From positions 1-64,000 of the forward strand of contig JAUCBJ010003173.1 of assembly GCA_032718475.1 (NCBI GenBank): DNA of 64,000 bases, read 5' to 3'. The DNA comes from Nemertoderma westbladi (taxonomy: Eukaryota > Animalia > Xenacoelomorpha). The position numbers and the translations under genes are program-made. The notes under the pieces were generated by a model. It made no database searches. It had not been told where the DNA came from and saw nothing but the letters and a program-made list of their open reading frames with translations. Shown piece after piece: positions 23,300 to 34,768 of this stretch; the stretch's first letter is position 1, and every line of letters begins with the position of its first letter.

Positions 23300-23745
23300 G
23301 AAGATGAGAATAGATTCATACATACAGTGAGATGATACACTACAGGAGTAAAAACCTTAAAGTCATGGGACCATGGAGCCCATTCAGGGTGTTTGTTTGC
23401 CGAGTAGTTGCTGGATAATTGCAGAGTTGTCAACAAACAAAGAAATATGACTGTAGTCTTTGTTAATTTTTTAAGGCTTTCGATTTAGTTTTCCGATCCC
23501 GATCAGTATACTTGAAGCATGTGGAATTCCTGAGGAAATTATTCGTAGCAATAATGTCACTATATGATGGTTCAACGACGTTTGTGTCTGGTGAAGCAGA
23601 TCAATTTGAAGTTGTTTGGCAGTCCTCCATTCTTATTCATAATTGTGGCATAATTATATGCATGTCCTTAGACCATCATAAAGAAGATTGGGTAGTCGTA
23701 ACACCCCTTACTGACGCCAGAAGTCGAGGAAATCCGGCGAAGCGA
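23300..23745 (+). mobile_element. Highly degenerate RTE LINE RT fragment
   Basis: GGGACCATGGAGCCCATT, GATGGTTCAACGACGTTTGTGTC and AGAAGTCGAGGAAATCC match the RTE copy at 30575-31957. Confidence 0.7.
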
Positions 23746-24240
23746 ATCCTCAGTTCCCGAGAACTTAGAGATGACTTAGAACTATCAGATTCACTGGACA
23801 GGCCGCTTTTGGTCGTCTCTCCTGCAAGCAGCTTAGCAGTAGGCCATTGTTGGCTGATTAGCTTCTGTCGACCTTGTCTGCATGATTAGCCATTGGTTGA
23901 TTACCTTCCGCCTATCCACATGGCCTTACAGTTCTGTTGCTGACCGACTGCGACTGTAGGGGTCTTCTGTTGCACCCTAAAAATGTGTACCACAGGCTAT
24001 ATTACCTAACTGAAATAGAGGAGAATCAAGTATAGACAAAACATATGTGCATACATTTTAATTTCAAAGATACATGCCCATAAATAAACGTTCAATAGTG
24101 TGCCCGCATCACTCTAGCTAGCCTTTGACTATTGCATTAGTTGAAGGGGCGACTCACCAACTGTTAAAACTAATTGGTGAATAATGGTGAGTCAGCCCTA
24201 ATGGGCTGACAGTTACAGGTATGACCACCTTACTACCATA

Positions 24241-24660
24241 GGGTTTCTGGACAATTACGACCCGGACAATTGCGACTCGGACAATTGCGACCCATGATTT
24301 TATATTATTTTTCTGGGTTAAATTGTACAGGTAGATAAATTACTGTAGCTAAATTTAAACAAGGCTACGGTTGGCCCTACATTATTTGCAATTAGATATT
24401 CTGGAATGCTTACAATTAAATTTAATTGTTTTAGCATAACCAATGTAAAGTATTTTGTTCACATTGCTCATGCAGTACATTTTTTTACCAGCTATTGCTA
24501 TAATATATATAAAATCTATAATTTTGTATAACTATTTATTTGTGGTTGTGTTGCAATTGACAGGGTCGCAATTTTCCAGGTCACAATTTTCTGTGTCGCA
24601 ATTTCTCACGCAATTGCCCAGGAAGCGATTGCCCGGGTCGCAATTGTCCTATTGTCCTCC
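24241..24660. mobile_element. MITE-like element with GGACAATTGCGACCC terminal subrepeats
   Basis: GGACAATT(G/A)CGAC x3 at the left end; GGGTCGCAATT(GTCC) repeats in inverted orientation at the right end. Confidence 0.6.
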
Positions 24661-25268
24661 TATGGCACTATATGCCATAGTAGTGGCATGAGCTGAGCGC
24701 TCGAGGACCCGGAACTGTGAGAATTTCTACCTGATCCTGACCTGCTACAACTTCTACTGAATAAAGTGGAAAGGGCTGTGAGGGATGTTGTCCTGAAACT
24801 GAATAAAAGTATTTTTATGTTAATAGAAGCATGGGGGGGGGGGGGGGGGGTGTATCAATTAAAGATGACTTACAGTAACTTGGGTCAGTAACTTGGGGGT
24901 CATAAGTTAGGCATAGAAAATGCATACATAGCTCTATCAAAATGTATTATCCCGATTTGAGCCATAGATAGTGGAGAGTTATGAACGCAGATTACGATTC
25001 AGATGGCACTAATTTATAAATAAATATGAGGTCATACCAGATCGATTTACTTTTCTGGGAACCAGAGCCCAAGGAAAGTTTAGCGTGGACGAATGAGTAG
25101 ATTGGTAGTACTATTGGTAGATTGGTAGTGGATACTAAGCAACACTTTAGTTTAAAATTATACTTAATTCTTTTAATATTATGATTTTGCTACAGTTGGA
25201 ATTATTAGCCAAACTAATTTATTAATTAAATAACTTACTAATTATAATATAACTTAACTTGAATTATC

Positions 25269-26294
25269 ATGGATTTCGAATTGTCTGATGGAGTTCATGT
25301 AGAAGAAGTAACTGGACATGCCTTCAATGAGTTTGCTGCCTGCCAGAAGTTTTATAAAGACAGGAAGTTTTTCCGATTTCTCCCATGTGGTACTGTCTAT
25401 CCAGCACTATTTGCTCAATATGAAAAACAAATCAAGGAATTTCCAGTGATTCAAGATGATGTGTGGATTTCGTCTTTCCCGAAGGCAGGAACGACCTGGA
25501 CTCAGGAGATGGTCTGGAACATCATGCACGGGGTCGACTTAGATGCAGCCAAAGCATCTGATCTAGATCGGAGAGTTCCTTTCCTTGAGTTTACAGCATT
25601 GATCGGTCGTGAAGCTTTCATGAAAAGCATTCGAGAAACTAAGGGTATCAATGATCTTGATGGATGTGAAACTTCAATGGATGTAGCCGAGAAACATATA
25701 TCCCCACGAATTATAAAAACTCATCTTAATTACGAAATGCTTCCCACTGAGGTTCTCTCCAAGGGTGTCAAGCTTATTTACATTGCTCGAAATCCAAGGG
25801 ATACTGTTGTTTCATTTTATCATCACTGGCAGACTTGGGCTGCTTATTTTGGAGACTTTGATGTTTTCTTCAACTCATTTATCGAAGGAGTGACCGGTTA
25901 CTATACTCCATTCTTTCCTCACGTCCTTGGCTACTGGCGAGAGAAACACCGCCCCAACATTCTGTTTCTCACTTATGAAGAAATGAAGAAAGATTTACCA
26001 GCAGTTATCAGAAAAACAGCGATGTTTCTGGAAAAAGAAATTACTGACGATCAGGTGAATAAACTCGTAGATCATCTTTCCTTCAATAAAATGAAGGATA
26101 ATAGACGAGTTAGTAAGGCGGATTTCCTTGACAAATTGAGGCAAATATCGGGTGCTGAAGTGAAAGATTTCATTAGGAAAGGAATAACTGGAGACTGGAA
26201 GAATTATTTTAGTGAAGATCAACTGGAGAGAATGATGATCTGGGAAGAAAATAATTTAAAGGGAACCGATCTTAAATTCGTTTATGAGTTATGA
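25269..26294 (+). CDS. Cytosolic PAPS-dependent sulfotransferase (Sulfotransfer_1; arthropod SULT1-like), 341 aa, uninterrupted CDS
   Basis: 5'-PSB loop SSFPKAGTTWTQEMVW, RVPFLE, catalytic IIKTHL, 3'-PB RNPRDTVVSFYHH, LTYEEMKKD, C-terminal FIRKGITGDWKNYFS; ATG to TGA intact. Confidence 0.95.
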   Translation: MDFELSDGVHVEEVTGHAFNEFAACQKFYKDRKFFRFLPCGTVYPALFAQYEKQIKEFPVIQDDVWISSFPKAGTTWTQEMVWNIMHGVDLDAAKASDLDRRVPFLEFTALIGREAFMKSIRETKGINDLDGCETSMDVAEKHISPRIIKTHLNYEMLPTEVLSKGVKLIYIARNPRDTVVSFYHHWQTWAAYFGDFDVFFNSFIEGVTGYYTPFFPHVLGYWREKHRPNILFLTYEEMKKDLPAVIRKTAMFLEKEITDDQVNKLVDHLSFNKMKDNRRVSKADFLDKLRQISGAEVKDFIRKGITGDWKNYFSEDQLERMMIWEENNLKGTDLKFVYEL

Positions 26295-26849
26295 TTAAGA
26301 TAGTTAAATAGTCAAAATATAGTTATTTTGATCATAAGATTATATTAAAAATGTAGATAATTTCATGTAGGGTGATTGATGATCTTGGCCATAGTGTGTG
26401 GACAGTTCTGTAATCAAACTGTAATTTATATCAAGTTTGATGAAATTAAGTTTGGAATTAAAATCATAATTTTATATGAAACACTATTTTGCACAAACTT
26501 TTCCGCATACTTTATGATGATCTCTAATGATTATGATAACATTATGATCCACATAATAACTATTTATTCTAATGAAACATAGCAGTATTCTATATCCTTC
26601 TGACACAAGATATAAAATGCCAATCTCCTATTATACATCAAGAGGTCCTAATGGATATAAAACAATTTTATTTATATGCAATAGTAGTAGTAATTTTATT
26701 CCATGAATCTTCTTATTGCCGGATTCATTGTAAACAATTATTATATATTACAAATTTCAGACCAGGGAATAAACCTTTTTGACTATCAGTCAGTAATCTG
26801 TAGACTCCAGCAACAAACCCACACTGAGAACTGAGACGACATAGATACC

Positions 26850-28530
26850 TTATCTTGTAGCATTTTTATCATTGGCTTTATTGCATTAGGCATGATGAAA
26901 ACAATGTGTGAAAACAAATAAGCAGGTGCTAGTTCCCAAGAAGGGCAACCTAATACTTTATGGTTCTTTTCGGGGAATCTCGTTGATCTCGATTGATGCA
27001 AAGCTATACAATATAACTCCATTAAATCGCATCAGGGATCCTGCAGTTGAAAGACTGCTATGTGGAAATCATAATAGGTAGAGTGTAAAGGTCGTGGAAC
27101 CATGGAGCCTATTCTTGCACTTATAAGGATAAGTGCAAGAATAGGCTCCATGGTTATAAGGATAATCGAAGCATCTGGCTGTTATCTTTGTAGACTTCAA
27201 GACCTTTGATTCAAGTTTATGACCACGTATGTTTGGCATACTTAGAGCATATGGGGATTCCTGGAATTAATGCAGCTATCAGATCACTGTACTATGGTTC
27301 CACCACATTTGCATCTACTGTTGATGGTGACACAGATCCATTCGAAGTGATTTGGGGAGTCCTCCAGGGTGACACACTTGTACCATTTTTGTTCATAATT
27401 GTGGTTGACTATGTTCTAAGCATGTCCTTAGATCATCGTAATGATTATGAGGTGAAGGTAACTCCACCTACCGGCTCCAGAAGTCGAGGAAATCCTGCAA
27501 AGTACCTAACTGATCTAGACTTTGCTGATGATTTACTAATACTCTCAGAATCACTAGTGGGAGCCAAATGGCTCCTCAGCTCATTAGAGAATAGGCTGCT
27601 TCTAGTGTTGGTCTTTTTTTTTTAACTCGAAGAAGATCACAATTCTGACAGTTAACTTTAAATTTTGTCAGGAAATGTCTGATTGTATGAGCATAAATTA
27701 AAAGGATGGTATGCATGAGCACGTTTCTCTTCTTCTATTAACTGGGATCATGGATCCGGAACTCAGGTGAAGACGTTTGAATACTTAAGGGAAAAGCATG
27801 GGCAACATTAAATGGGCTTTCAAGTATTTGGACGTCTGATTATTTAGATATGATTAATGTCTGTTTATTTAGAGCAGCATTAGTATTCCAGTACTCTTCT
27901 ATGGGAGTCCATGCTGTGCTCTAACTGCTGAGAACACCAAATATCTGGATGAAACATTCACAAGAATGCTATGCCGGGTTCACTGTGTCAAGTGCAATGC
28001 GCATATCTCCAACCAGACACTATACAACATTGGAGGTATATCAATGCTTGACACATTTGACAAAGACACATTTGACAATGGCACATCCGCCATTGTTTTC
28101 TCCATAAAGACCCACTAATATAATCGGCCTGCTGCATTGATACTGCACATTGAGATGCGATTCCAGCTTAACAAAAAAAATTTGCATCACCATGCAATCC
28201 ACAATTGGCAAACATAATGCAGCGTGCATTAAGAATGCTATTCCAGCTTATCAACAAAGTTGCCCCACCACAACTACCTATCCCGCATGACTTTTGCGAC
28301 ACTATCCGCATCTTCAAGGCCAGTGTCCTTTAGGAGTCGTCTCAAGAAAGTCATAGGCTGTCCACCATGCTTTCTCCAAGGGGAAAGCCAAAGCACAAGA
28401 TTGTGCACAGGCTGTGCACGTCTCTTAAAGGACGCTGTCCTTGAGAATGCGGATAATCTCGCGAAAGTCATGGGGGTTAGTGAGTTGTGGCAGTGCAACA
28501 TTTTTGATAAGCAGGCTAGCCTGCGACTGT
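26850..28530 (+). mobile_element. Degenerate RTE LINE (RT region on +) with rearranged, partly inverted 3' end
   Basis: GVLQGDTLVPFLF...LTDLDFADD in ORF 27206-27625 with frameshifts around it; the 3' segment occurs on - (~28225-28410) and again on + (~28420-28525). Confidence 0.85.
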
Positions 28531-28639
28531 AACGTAAAATCGCGTTAAGTCTTCCATTCAATCAGGTATAACTTACATGTAGTTACAACTGAATCCAAAA
28601 TAGTAATTATACGGTGCCAGAAAGGTGATATCAATGATT

Positions 28640-28925
28640 GCATTAAAACCAGTAATCCCAGGAAGTAATGTATTAAATCCCCAGTCTGGTATAGAAGATG
28701 TATTGTTTGGAGGAACCGTGTTAGTACCAGATGAAAATTTCATCCCTAATCAATCAATGCGACTAATCTTATTAATTTCCTTCTGTGATAACAAACTAAT
28801 GCGACGCATTGAAATTTAATTCCAACTTATTAACGAATCTAAACGGAAATAAAACAGGGAGAATAAATGATAAACGAGATTATCGTTTAACAATTAATCT
28901 TTAGATTGATGAGCCTTCTTCACCA
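28640..28925. repeat. Dispersed repeat; inverted copy at ~59263-59522
   Basis: GTACCAGATGAAAATTTCATCCCTAATCAATCAATGCGACTAATC... is the reverse complement of ~59410-59455. Confidence 0.8.
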
Positions 28926-29091
28926 GAGGTTAGGTTGTCACGTCGAATCGCACTACTGGATTGATTTATTTTTCGATATTTTTAAATCTCAATCAACAAT
29001 AAAAGCTACAATAATATCATGTCAAGCTCTAAACTGTATTTTATTAATATTATTCGGGTGGAAGTTGAATAAAGTACAGCCCTTCAAGTGT

Positions 29092-29541
29092 CGCACATTG
29101 CGGTGCACATAGTGGCGACAGAGTGACACACATTGTGGCGCATATAGTGGCGCACATTGTGGCGCACATAATGGAGCACATTGTGGCGCACATTGTGGCG
29201 CACATTGTGGCGCACATTGTGGCGCACATTGTGGCGCACATTGTGGCGCACATTGTGGCGCACATTGTGGCGCACATTGTGGCGTACATTGTGGCTCACA
29301 TTGTGGTGCACATAGTGGCGTACATTGTGGCGCTCATAGTGACATACATTGTGGCGCCCATAGTGGCGTACATTGTGGCGCACATTATGGTTCACATTGT
29401 GGCGCACATAGTGGCGTACATTGTGGCGCACATGGTGGCGTATATTGTGGCGCACATAGTGGCGCACATAGTAGTGTACATTTTGGCGCACATAGTGGCG
29501 TACATTGTGGCGCACATTGTGGCTTACAATGTGGCGCACAT
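29092..29541. repeat. 12-bp tandem repeat (CACATTGTGGCG)n, ~37 copies
   Basis: Direct periodicity; pure in 29170-29283 and degenerating toward the edges. Confidence 0.95.
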
Positions 29542-29986
29542 TCACCGCAATTGAAAAAAGTGATCTCCATCTCAAATTCGTCGCATATGAAAGTTTTCTT
29601 TATTGTTTTGCGTTTTCGGTCATTTTATTGAATGTTATTTTTCTTAACATGCTGAATTTTGTTAAAACCTTGAATTTTAGGTTAAATCAAAGCAAAGGAA
29701 GTGGAATTTAATTGAATTACTGTATTTTTTTTAAACAAAATCACATCAAAATCGGTGAAATAAAAATCAGATAAAAAAGTGTTATTTTTGCAAATATTAT
29801 TAATTCTCAAAATGTATTTTGTTTCATGTGAAAAAGCAGAAAAAGTATGAGAGAGCAATTTAACTTTGAAAAACATTGCAATATTGCAAATGAGTAATAG
29901 TCTGGTTCCTTTTTGCCAAAATAATGATGGCGAAGGCAAATTTGGGTAATGGCTGGCATCCAACTGTTTTAAGCTAAATCGAGTGT

Positions 29987-30258
29987 GCTGATTCCGAATC
30001 CGTCTGATGCCAAGCTCAATTGTGAAATTTTGGGTCCCGTTTCACCATGGCAACACGAGGTTATTTGCAAAGACCGTTTTCTATTGACTCTACAGAATTC
30101 TAACCTTGACCTACCCCCCCCCCCCCCCCCCCCCCCCATAAACCGGCATCAGAGAATCCATTGAGGTACATTTTAGAACCCAGTTACCATGGCAACTGTT
30201 CGAAATACGTCTTCAAATGTCGTTCTAAAATGTACCTCTATGGATTCTCTAATGCTGG

Positions 30259-30289
<31 letters not shown>

Positions 30290-30398
30290 TAGGACAAGGT
30301 TAGAATTTTGTAGAGTCAATAGAAAATGACCTCCCATTGCCATGGTTAAACGGGACCCAAAAATTCACAATTGGGCATCAGACGGATTCGGAATCAGC
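29987..30398. mobile_element. Fold-back (near-complete palindromic) MITE with poly-C/poly-G arms
   Basis: GCTGATTCCGAATCCGTCTGATGCC ... GGCATCAGACGGATTCGGAATCAGC; inner arms GAGAATCCATTGAGGTACATTTTAGAAC / GTTCTAAAATGTACCTCTATGGATTCTC. Confidence 0.8.
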
Positions 30399-30538
30399 TA
30401 AACAAAATCATCGAATATTCAGGATGTATCAGAAATGTTGCAAACAAATTAATTGTTGTTTTGAATATAACAACAACTTCAATGTTTAATATAAATTATC
30501 GTAGTAATTAAAATAAACAGCACCATAGTTTTAGAGTA

Positions 30539-31980
30539 CTACTAGGATCGGCATGCTGCATTGCAGCTGCATTTTTAAGAATGCTGTGCCGGCTTGTCAA
30601 CAAAATTGCTCCGCCACAACTCCCTATCACCCATGACATTTGCTAGATCATCCGCATCTTTAAGGCCAGTGTCCTTTAAGATGCGTCTCAAGAAAGTCAT
30701 GGGCTGTCCACCATGCTTATTCACTCCATGAGGCTGCCAAAGTACAAGATTATGCACTGGCTGGTCCTCACGGCGAAAGCAATGTCCTGCAAAGCGGAGG
30801 CGATTTTGTTCTAGTGTCAAGCTTGGGGGAACCAATGAGACACCTCCAATGTTATATAGTGTCTGGTTGGAGATGTCTGCATTGTACTTGACACAATGTA
30901 CCCGGCGTAGCATTCTTGTGAATGTGCCATCCAGAGATTTGGTGTCCTCAGCAGTTAGAGCCCAGCATGGACTCCCGTAGAGGAGTACTGGAACTACTGC
31001 TGCTCTAAATAATCGGACCTTAAGTTTCCGATTAATTCTAGGTGACTTCCAAATCCCGGAAAGCCTATTCAAGGCTGCCCATGCCTTTCCCTTACGTATT
31101 CGAAGGTCCTCACCTGACTTCCGGATCCATGATCCCAGGTAACAGAAGTCGTCCACATGCTCAAGCATACCATCCTTTGAGCTTATGCTCATCCGATCAG
31201 AGACTTGCTGAGGACTTTCAAAGTTAACTGTCAGAATTTTGGTCTTTCTGGAGTTAATAAAAAGACCAACACTAGAAGCAGCATGTTCTAATGAGCTGAG
31301 GAGCCGCTGGGCTCCCTCTAATGATTCTGAGAGTACTCCTAAGTCATCAGCAAAGTCTAGATCAGTTAGGTACTTGGCTGGATTTCCTCGACTTCTGGAG
31401 CCAGTAGGTGGAGTTATCATCACCCCATCATCATTATGATGATCTAAGGACATCCGTAGAACATAGTCAACCACAATAATGAACAAGAATGGTGCAAGTG
31501 TGTCTCCTTGGAGGACGCCCCATAACACTTCAAATGGTTCTGTGTCACCGTCAACAGTAGACACAAATGTTGTCGAACCATCGTATACTGATCTGATTGC
31601 TGCAATAATTTCATCAGGAATCCCATATAATGAAAGTATGCTGAACATACGTGAGCGAGAGACTGAATCAAAGGCCTTGAAGAAGTCAACAAAGATAACA
31701 GCCAGATGCCTGTCTTTCTTTTTTGATAACTCTTCAATTATCCTTCTAAGTGCCAAAATGGGCTCCATGGTCCCACGACCTTTACGGAACCCATTCTGAT
31801 TTCCACGTAGCAGTCTCTCAATGGGATCCCTGATGCGATTTAATAGAATTCTATTGTATAGTTTTGCAGCAATCGAGATCAATGAGATTCCCCGAAAAGA
31901 ACCATAGAGTGTTAGGTTGCCCTTCTTGGGAACTGGCACCAACTTATTTGTTTTCATTTCTTGTGGGACTCTTGTTGTAT
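30539..31980 (-). mobile_element. 5'-truncated RTE-clade non-LTR retrotransposon with (TAG)n 3' tail and 12-bp TSD
   Basis: RT ORF inside; AGTTTTAGAGTA duplicated at 30527-30538 and 32008-32019. Confidence 0.92.
30575..31957 (-). CDS. RTE-type reverse transcriptase, 5'-truncated ORF (460 aa)
   Basis: PVPKKG..FRGISL, QNGFRKGRGT, FVDFFKAFDSV, GVLQGDTLAPFLF, LDFADD, FCYLGS, and RTE-like C-terminus RLRFAGHCFR..WQPHG..MGDRELWR. Confidence 0.92.
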   Translation of the reverse strand: MKTNKLVPVPKKGNLTLYGSFRGISLISIAAKLYNRILLNRIRDPIERLLRGNQNGFRKGRGTMEPILALRRIIEELSKKKDRHLAVIFVDFFKAFDSVSRSRMFSILSLYGIPDEIIAAIRSVYDGSTTFVSTVDGDTEPFEVLWGVLQGDTLAPFLFIIVVDYVLRMSLDHHNDDGVMITPPTGSRSRGNPAKYLTDLDFADDLGVLSESLEGAQRLLSSLEHAASSVGLFINSRKTKILTVNFESPQQVSDRMSISSKDGMLEHVDDFCYLGSWIRKSGEDLRIRKGKAWAALNRLSGIWKSPRINRKLKVRLFRAAVVPVLLYGSPCWALTAEDTKSLDGTFTRMLRRVHCVKYNADISNQTLYNIGGVSLVPPSLTLEQNRLRFAGHCFRREDQPVHNLVLWQPHGVNKHGGQPMTFLRRILKDTGLKDADDLANVMGDRELWRSNFVDKPAQHS

Positions 31981-33436
31981 GGTATAGTTTTAGACTCTAG
32001 TACTCTAAGTTTTAGAGTAGTTGTATTCAATTAACTGTATTCTACTACAGTGAGTGTAGTAGGCAATGGTGTTGTGTTAAGATTTGCAATAATTTGTCTA
32101 TATAAATTCTGCTGCCTCCGTTGAATAGTAGTTAGCATACCCCAAGGGCGCAACCAGGGGGGGGGGGAGGGGTGTTGTCTATGGGGGCAATAACTGACCA
32201 CCAGCCCCCCCCCCCCCCCCCCCTCCAAAAAAAAACTTGTGCGCGCAATTCGCGCTCGCAAACTGCATGCTATTTCCGCGTAGAAACATATGCGCGCGAG
32301 ATTTGGGGAACCCCATAACGGCCATGTCGCGTGCAAACTACGTGTCATTTCTGTTTTTAATTTTGTCTGGGCGAGAAATTTGAATTTATGTGTCATACTG
32401 TTCAGCTGTTCAACAATTGCCCCCCGGACAATTACCCCCCAGACAATTGCCCCGCGAGGGCAATTGCCCCCCGGGACTATCGCCACCTCCCGGAAAATTG
32501 TCCCCCGGACAACTTGCCCCCCAAACAATCACCCCAAGGAAAATTTCAAAATAATAAATTGCATGCATGAGCTCGCATATATTTTTAGTTCATGTAATTT
32601 TCATAAATAAGTTAGAACATTAATAATATGAGCACAGTAATTTATATTCTTTCATGTAAGGACATCCCATATTTATTAATCAGGATTCCTACATTTTAAT
32701 ATTGTGAGCAATTGATTTTAAGTAGTTTAGTATGGACCTATTCTTATAGTGTGAAACTATATTACGGATTCGCGCATTGATGTTCTTATATTTGATGCGT
32801 TGCAATGGTGCTGAGACAAAGCGTTATTCCAATCCAATATCTCTATTGCGTTGCTATGTTCCAGAACATTGAGTATTTATTAAATAGAATAAAAGGCATC
32901 TAGCGAACGATAATTCTTGCAATCTTTGAACGCCTATATCTCAGCTGTTTATCAACGAAATTCAGATATTGTTACATATTTCGAATCCTTGAAACGCAAA
33001 CTTTCTAATGATATGAAAAATTACGACTAATGTGAAGAATGGCTACGATACGGAGGGTGCGATTTCGGAAAAAGACACTTTTATAAAACGTTTATTAAAA
33101 AAATTTAAAGACGAAATCGAAAATTCCGGCTTCATGGGGTCATCGACGGTGAGTGGAGCTAGTTGAGTTTCAAATTTCAAGCAATATGATAAAGATTTGT
33201 AGAAAAATTTAGGGGGTCCGTGTCATCAGAAAATGACACTATATTACGGGACATGGTGTATATTTTGTAGCAATTATATTTTTAATTATGGCTGATATGT
33301 AGCAAAAATAACAAGTGCTATTCACGTTTATTTATTGTTTTGGTTAGAATGACATGTCACGTGACCTACTCCTTTCCCTGAAAATATAAGGATCAAACGC
33401 TGGATGACCTAACAATATAGTAGGCCTACCATTTAA

Positions 33437-33680
33437 GGAAGGGGGGGGGGGGGGGGGGGGGGGGGGTACACCACTGTCGGACAACTCTTTGATTTATCAC
33501 TCTCAGCGTTTCAAAATTGTTTTGTTTTGGCTATAATTTGGAATATATGTACCTAAGATGCTATTATTCTACATGACAGGTCAGAAAAATCTTATTTTTC
33601 GCTATTTAATATTAGTTAATACTAGTTAACAATAAAAAAAAGTAAGCTTAGTATTAGTAAGTTGTTTTTAGTAAAATTGC
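33437..33680 (-). mobile_element. Terminal fragment of the Kolobok-like TTAA element (inverted relative to ~38100-38329)
   Basis: TTAA-G-rich run-TACACC...CGGACAACTCTTTGATTTATCACTC is the reverse complement of ~38150-38329. Confidence 0.75.
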
Positions 33681-34768
33681 AATGGTTTTTAGAGTATTTT
33701 AATAGATGTGTGTGTGTGACTGGCGTAACGGATCTTAATTTTAAGCAATACACCCTGTGAATACAGCACATTACTACTGTATCTTTTAGTATACGAATAT
33801 GGCAACAAATTTTATGTATTTATGTAATTTCAATTTGTATTTACTCAAAATTAGCTAATCATTTATGTTGTTATTGCAGGTTTATATTCGTTTTGTACTT
33901 ATAATCACTTATTCATGACTAAATATTTTTAGATACTACGATTATAGTTTACTAAATAAATATTTGCAGTATTGCGTTATGTTATTTGTAAATACTAAAT
34001 AAAAAGAGAAATAAATCTAAAAAAAAAATATGGCAACAAAGGCTCGGGAAACAACTCAAACGGTTACATTATTAAGAAATAAAAAAGAGGAGGGTCAAAT
34101 GGGTCTACTTCAGAATACCTCCAATTAAGTTTGTCGGTTAAAATGGTGGGTGGATCAAAGTAAAACAAATTTTCAATCGAACCATATATAACATGTCCGC
34201 CTATGTTGGGAACAAACTATTTTAAGCCAAAAATTAAATTGAAAAATAAAAATTAAAACAATTCGAAATAAGCGGATCAATAATAATAAAAAGTTGAATA
34301 TAAATATTAAATATAATAGTTAATAATAATAGGTTTTGAGGTCCCTCATAAATCGGGCGGTGTATTTTTATTAAAAGGGAAGGAAATATAAATATATTTA
34401 ATACATAGTCTGAAATTATTGAAATTTATATTTAATCAATTAACTGTACCCAATTAAGGGTCCACTTAACCAACGCTGGGAATACACCAAGTAAATTTAT
34501 AACCAAAATTAAATACAAATAAATTACCACCCAACCCAAGTAAGGCGCATAAATACTGATCTACAAATAATTATAATTACCTACATTATTATGTCTAACT
34601 TAAAAAATATTTCCGAGGAGCTTAGCCCACCATTAGCCCCCCTTAACTGCTATGGGCTCTTTTCTAATGCGTGAAACCTCCCTCTTTCCCAAATCCTTGA
34701 TACAACACTGTCCAGACCCCCCTGGTTCGAGTCTGAGAAATTCCACTTTTTACTCCAGTTGTCTCCAA

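Noticed and set aside
29050-29575. His/Val/Cys repeat ORFs
   Set aside because: Translations of the 12-bp repeat in several frames.
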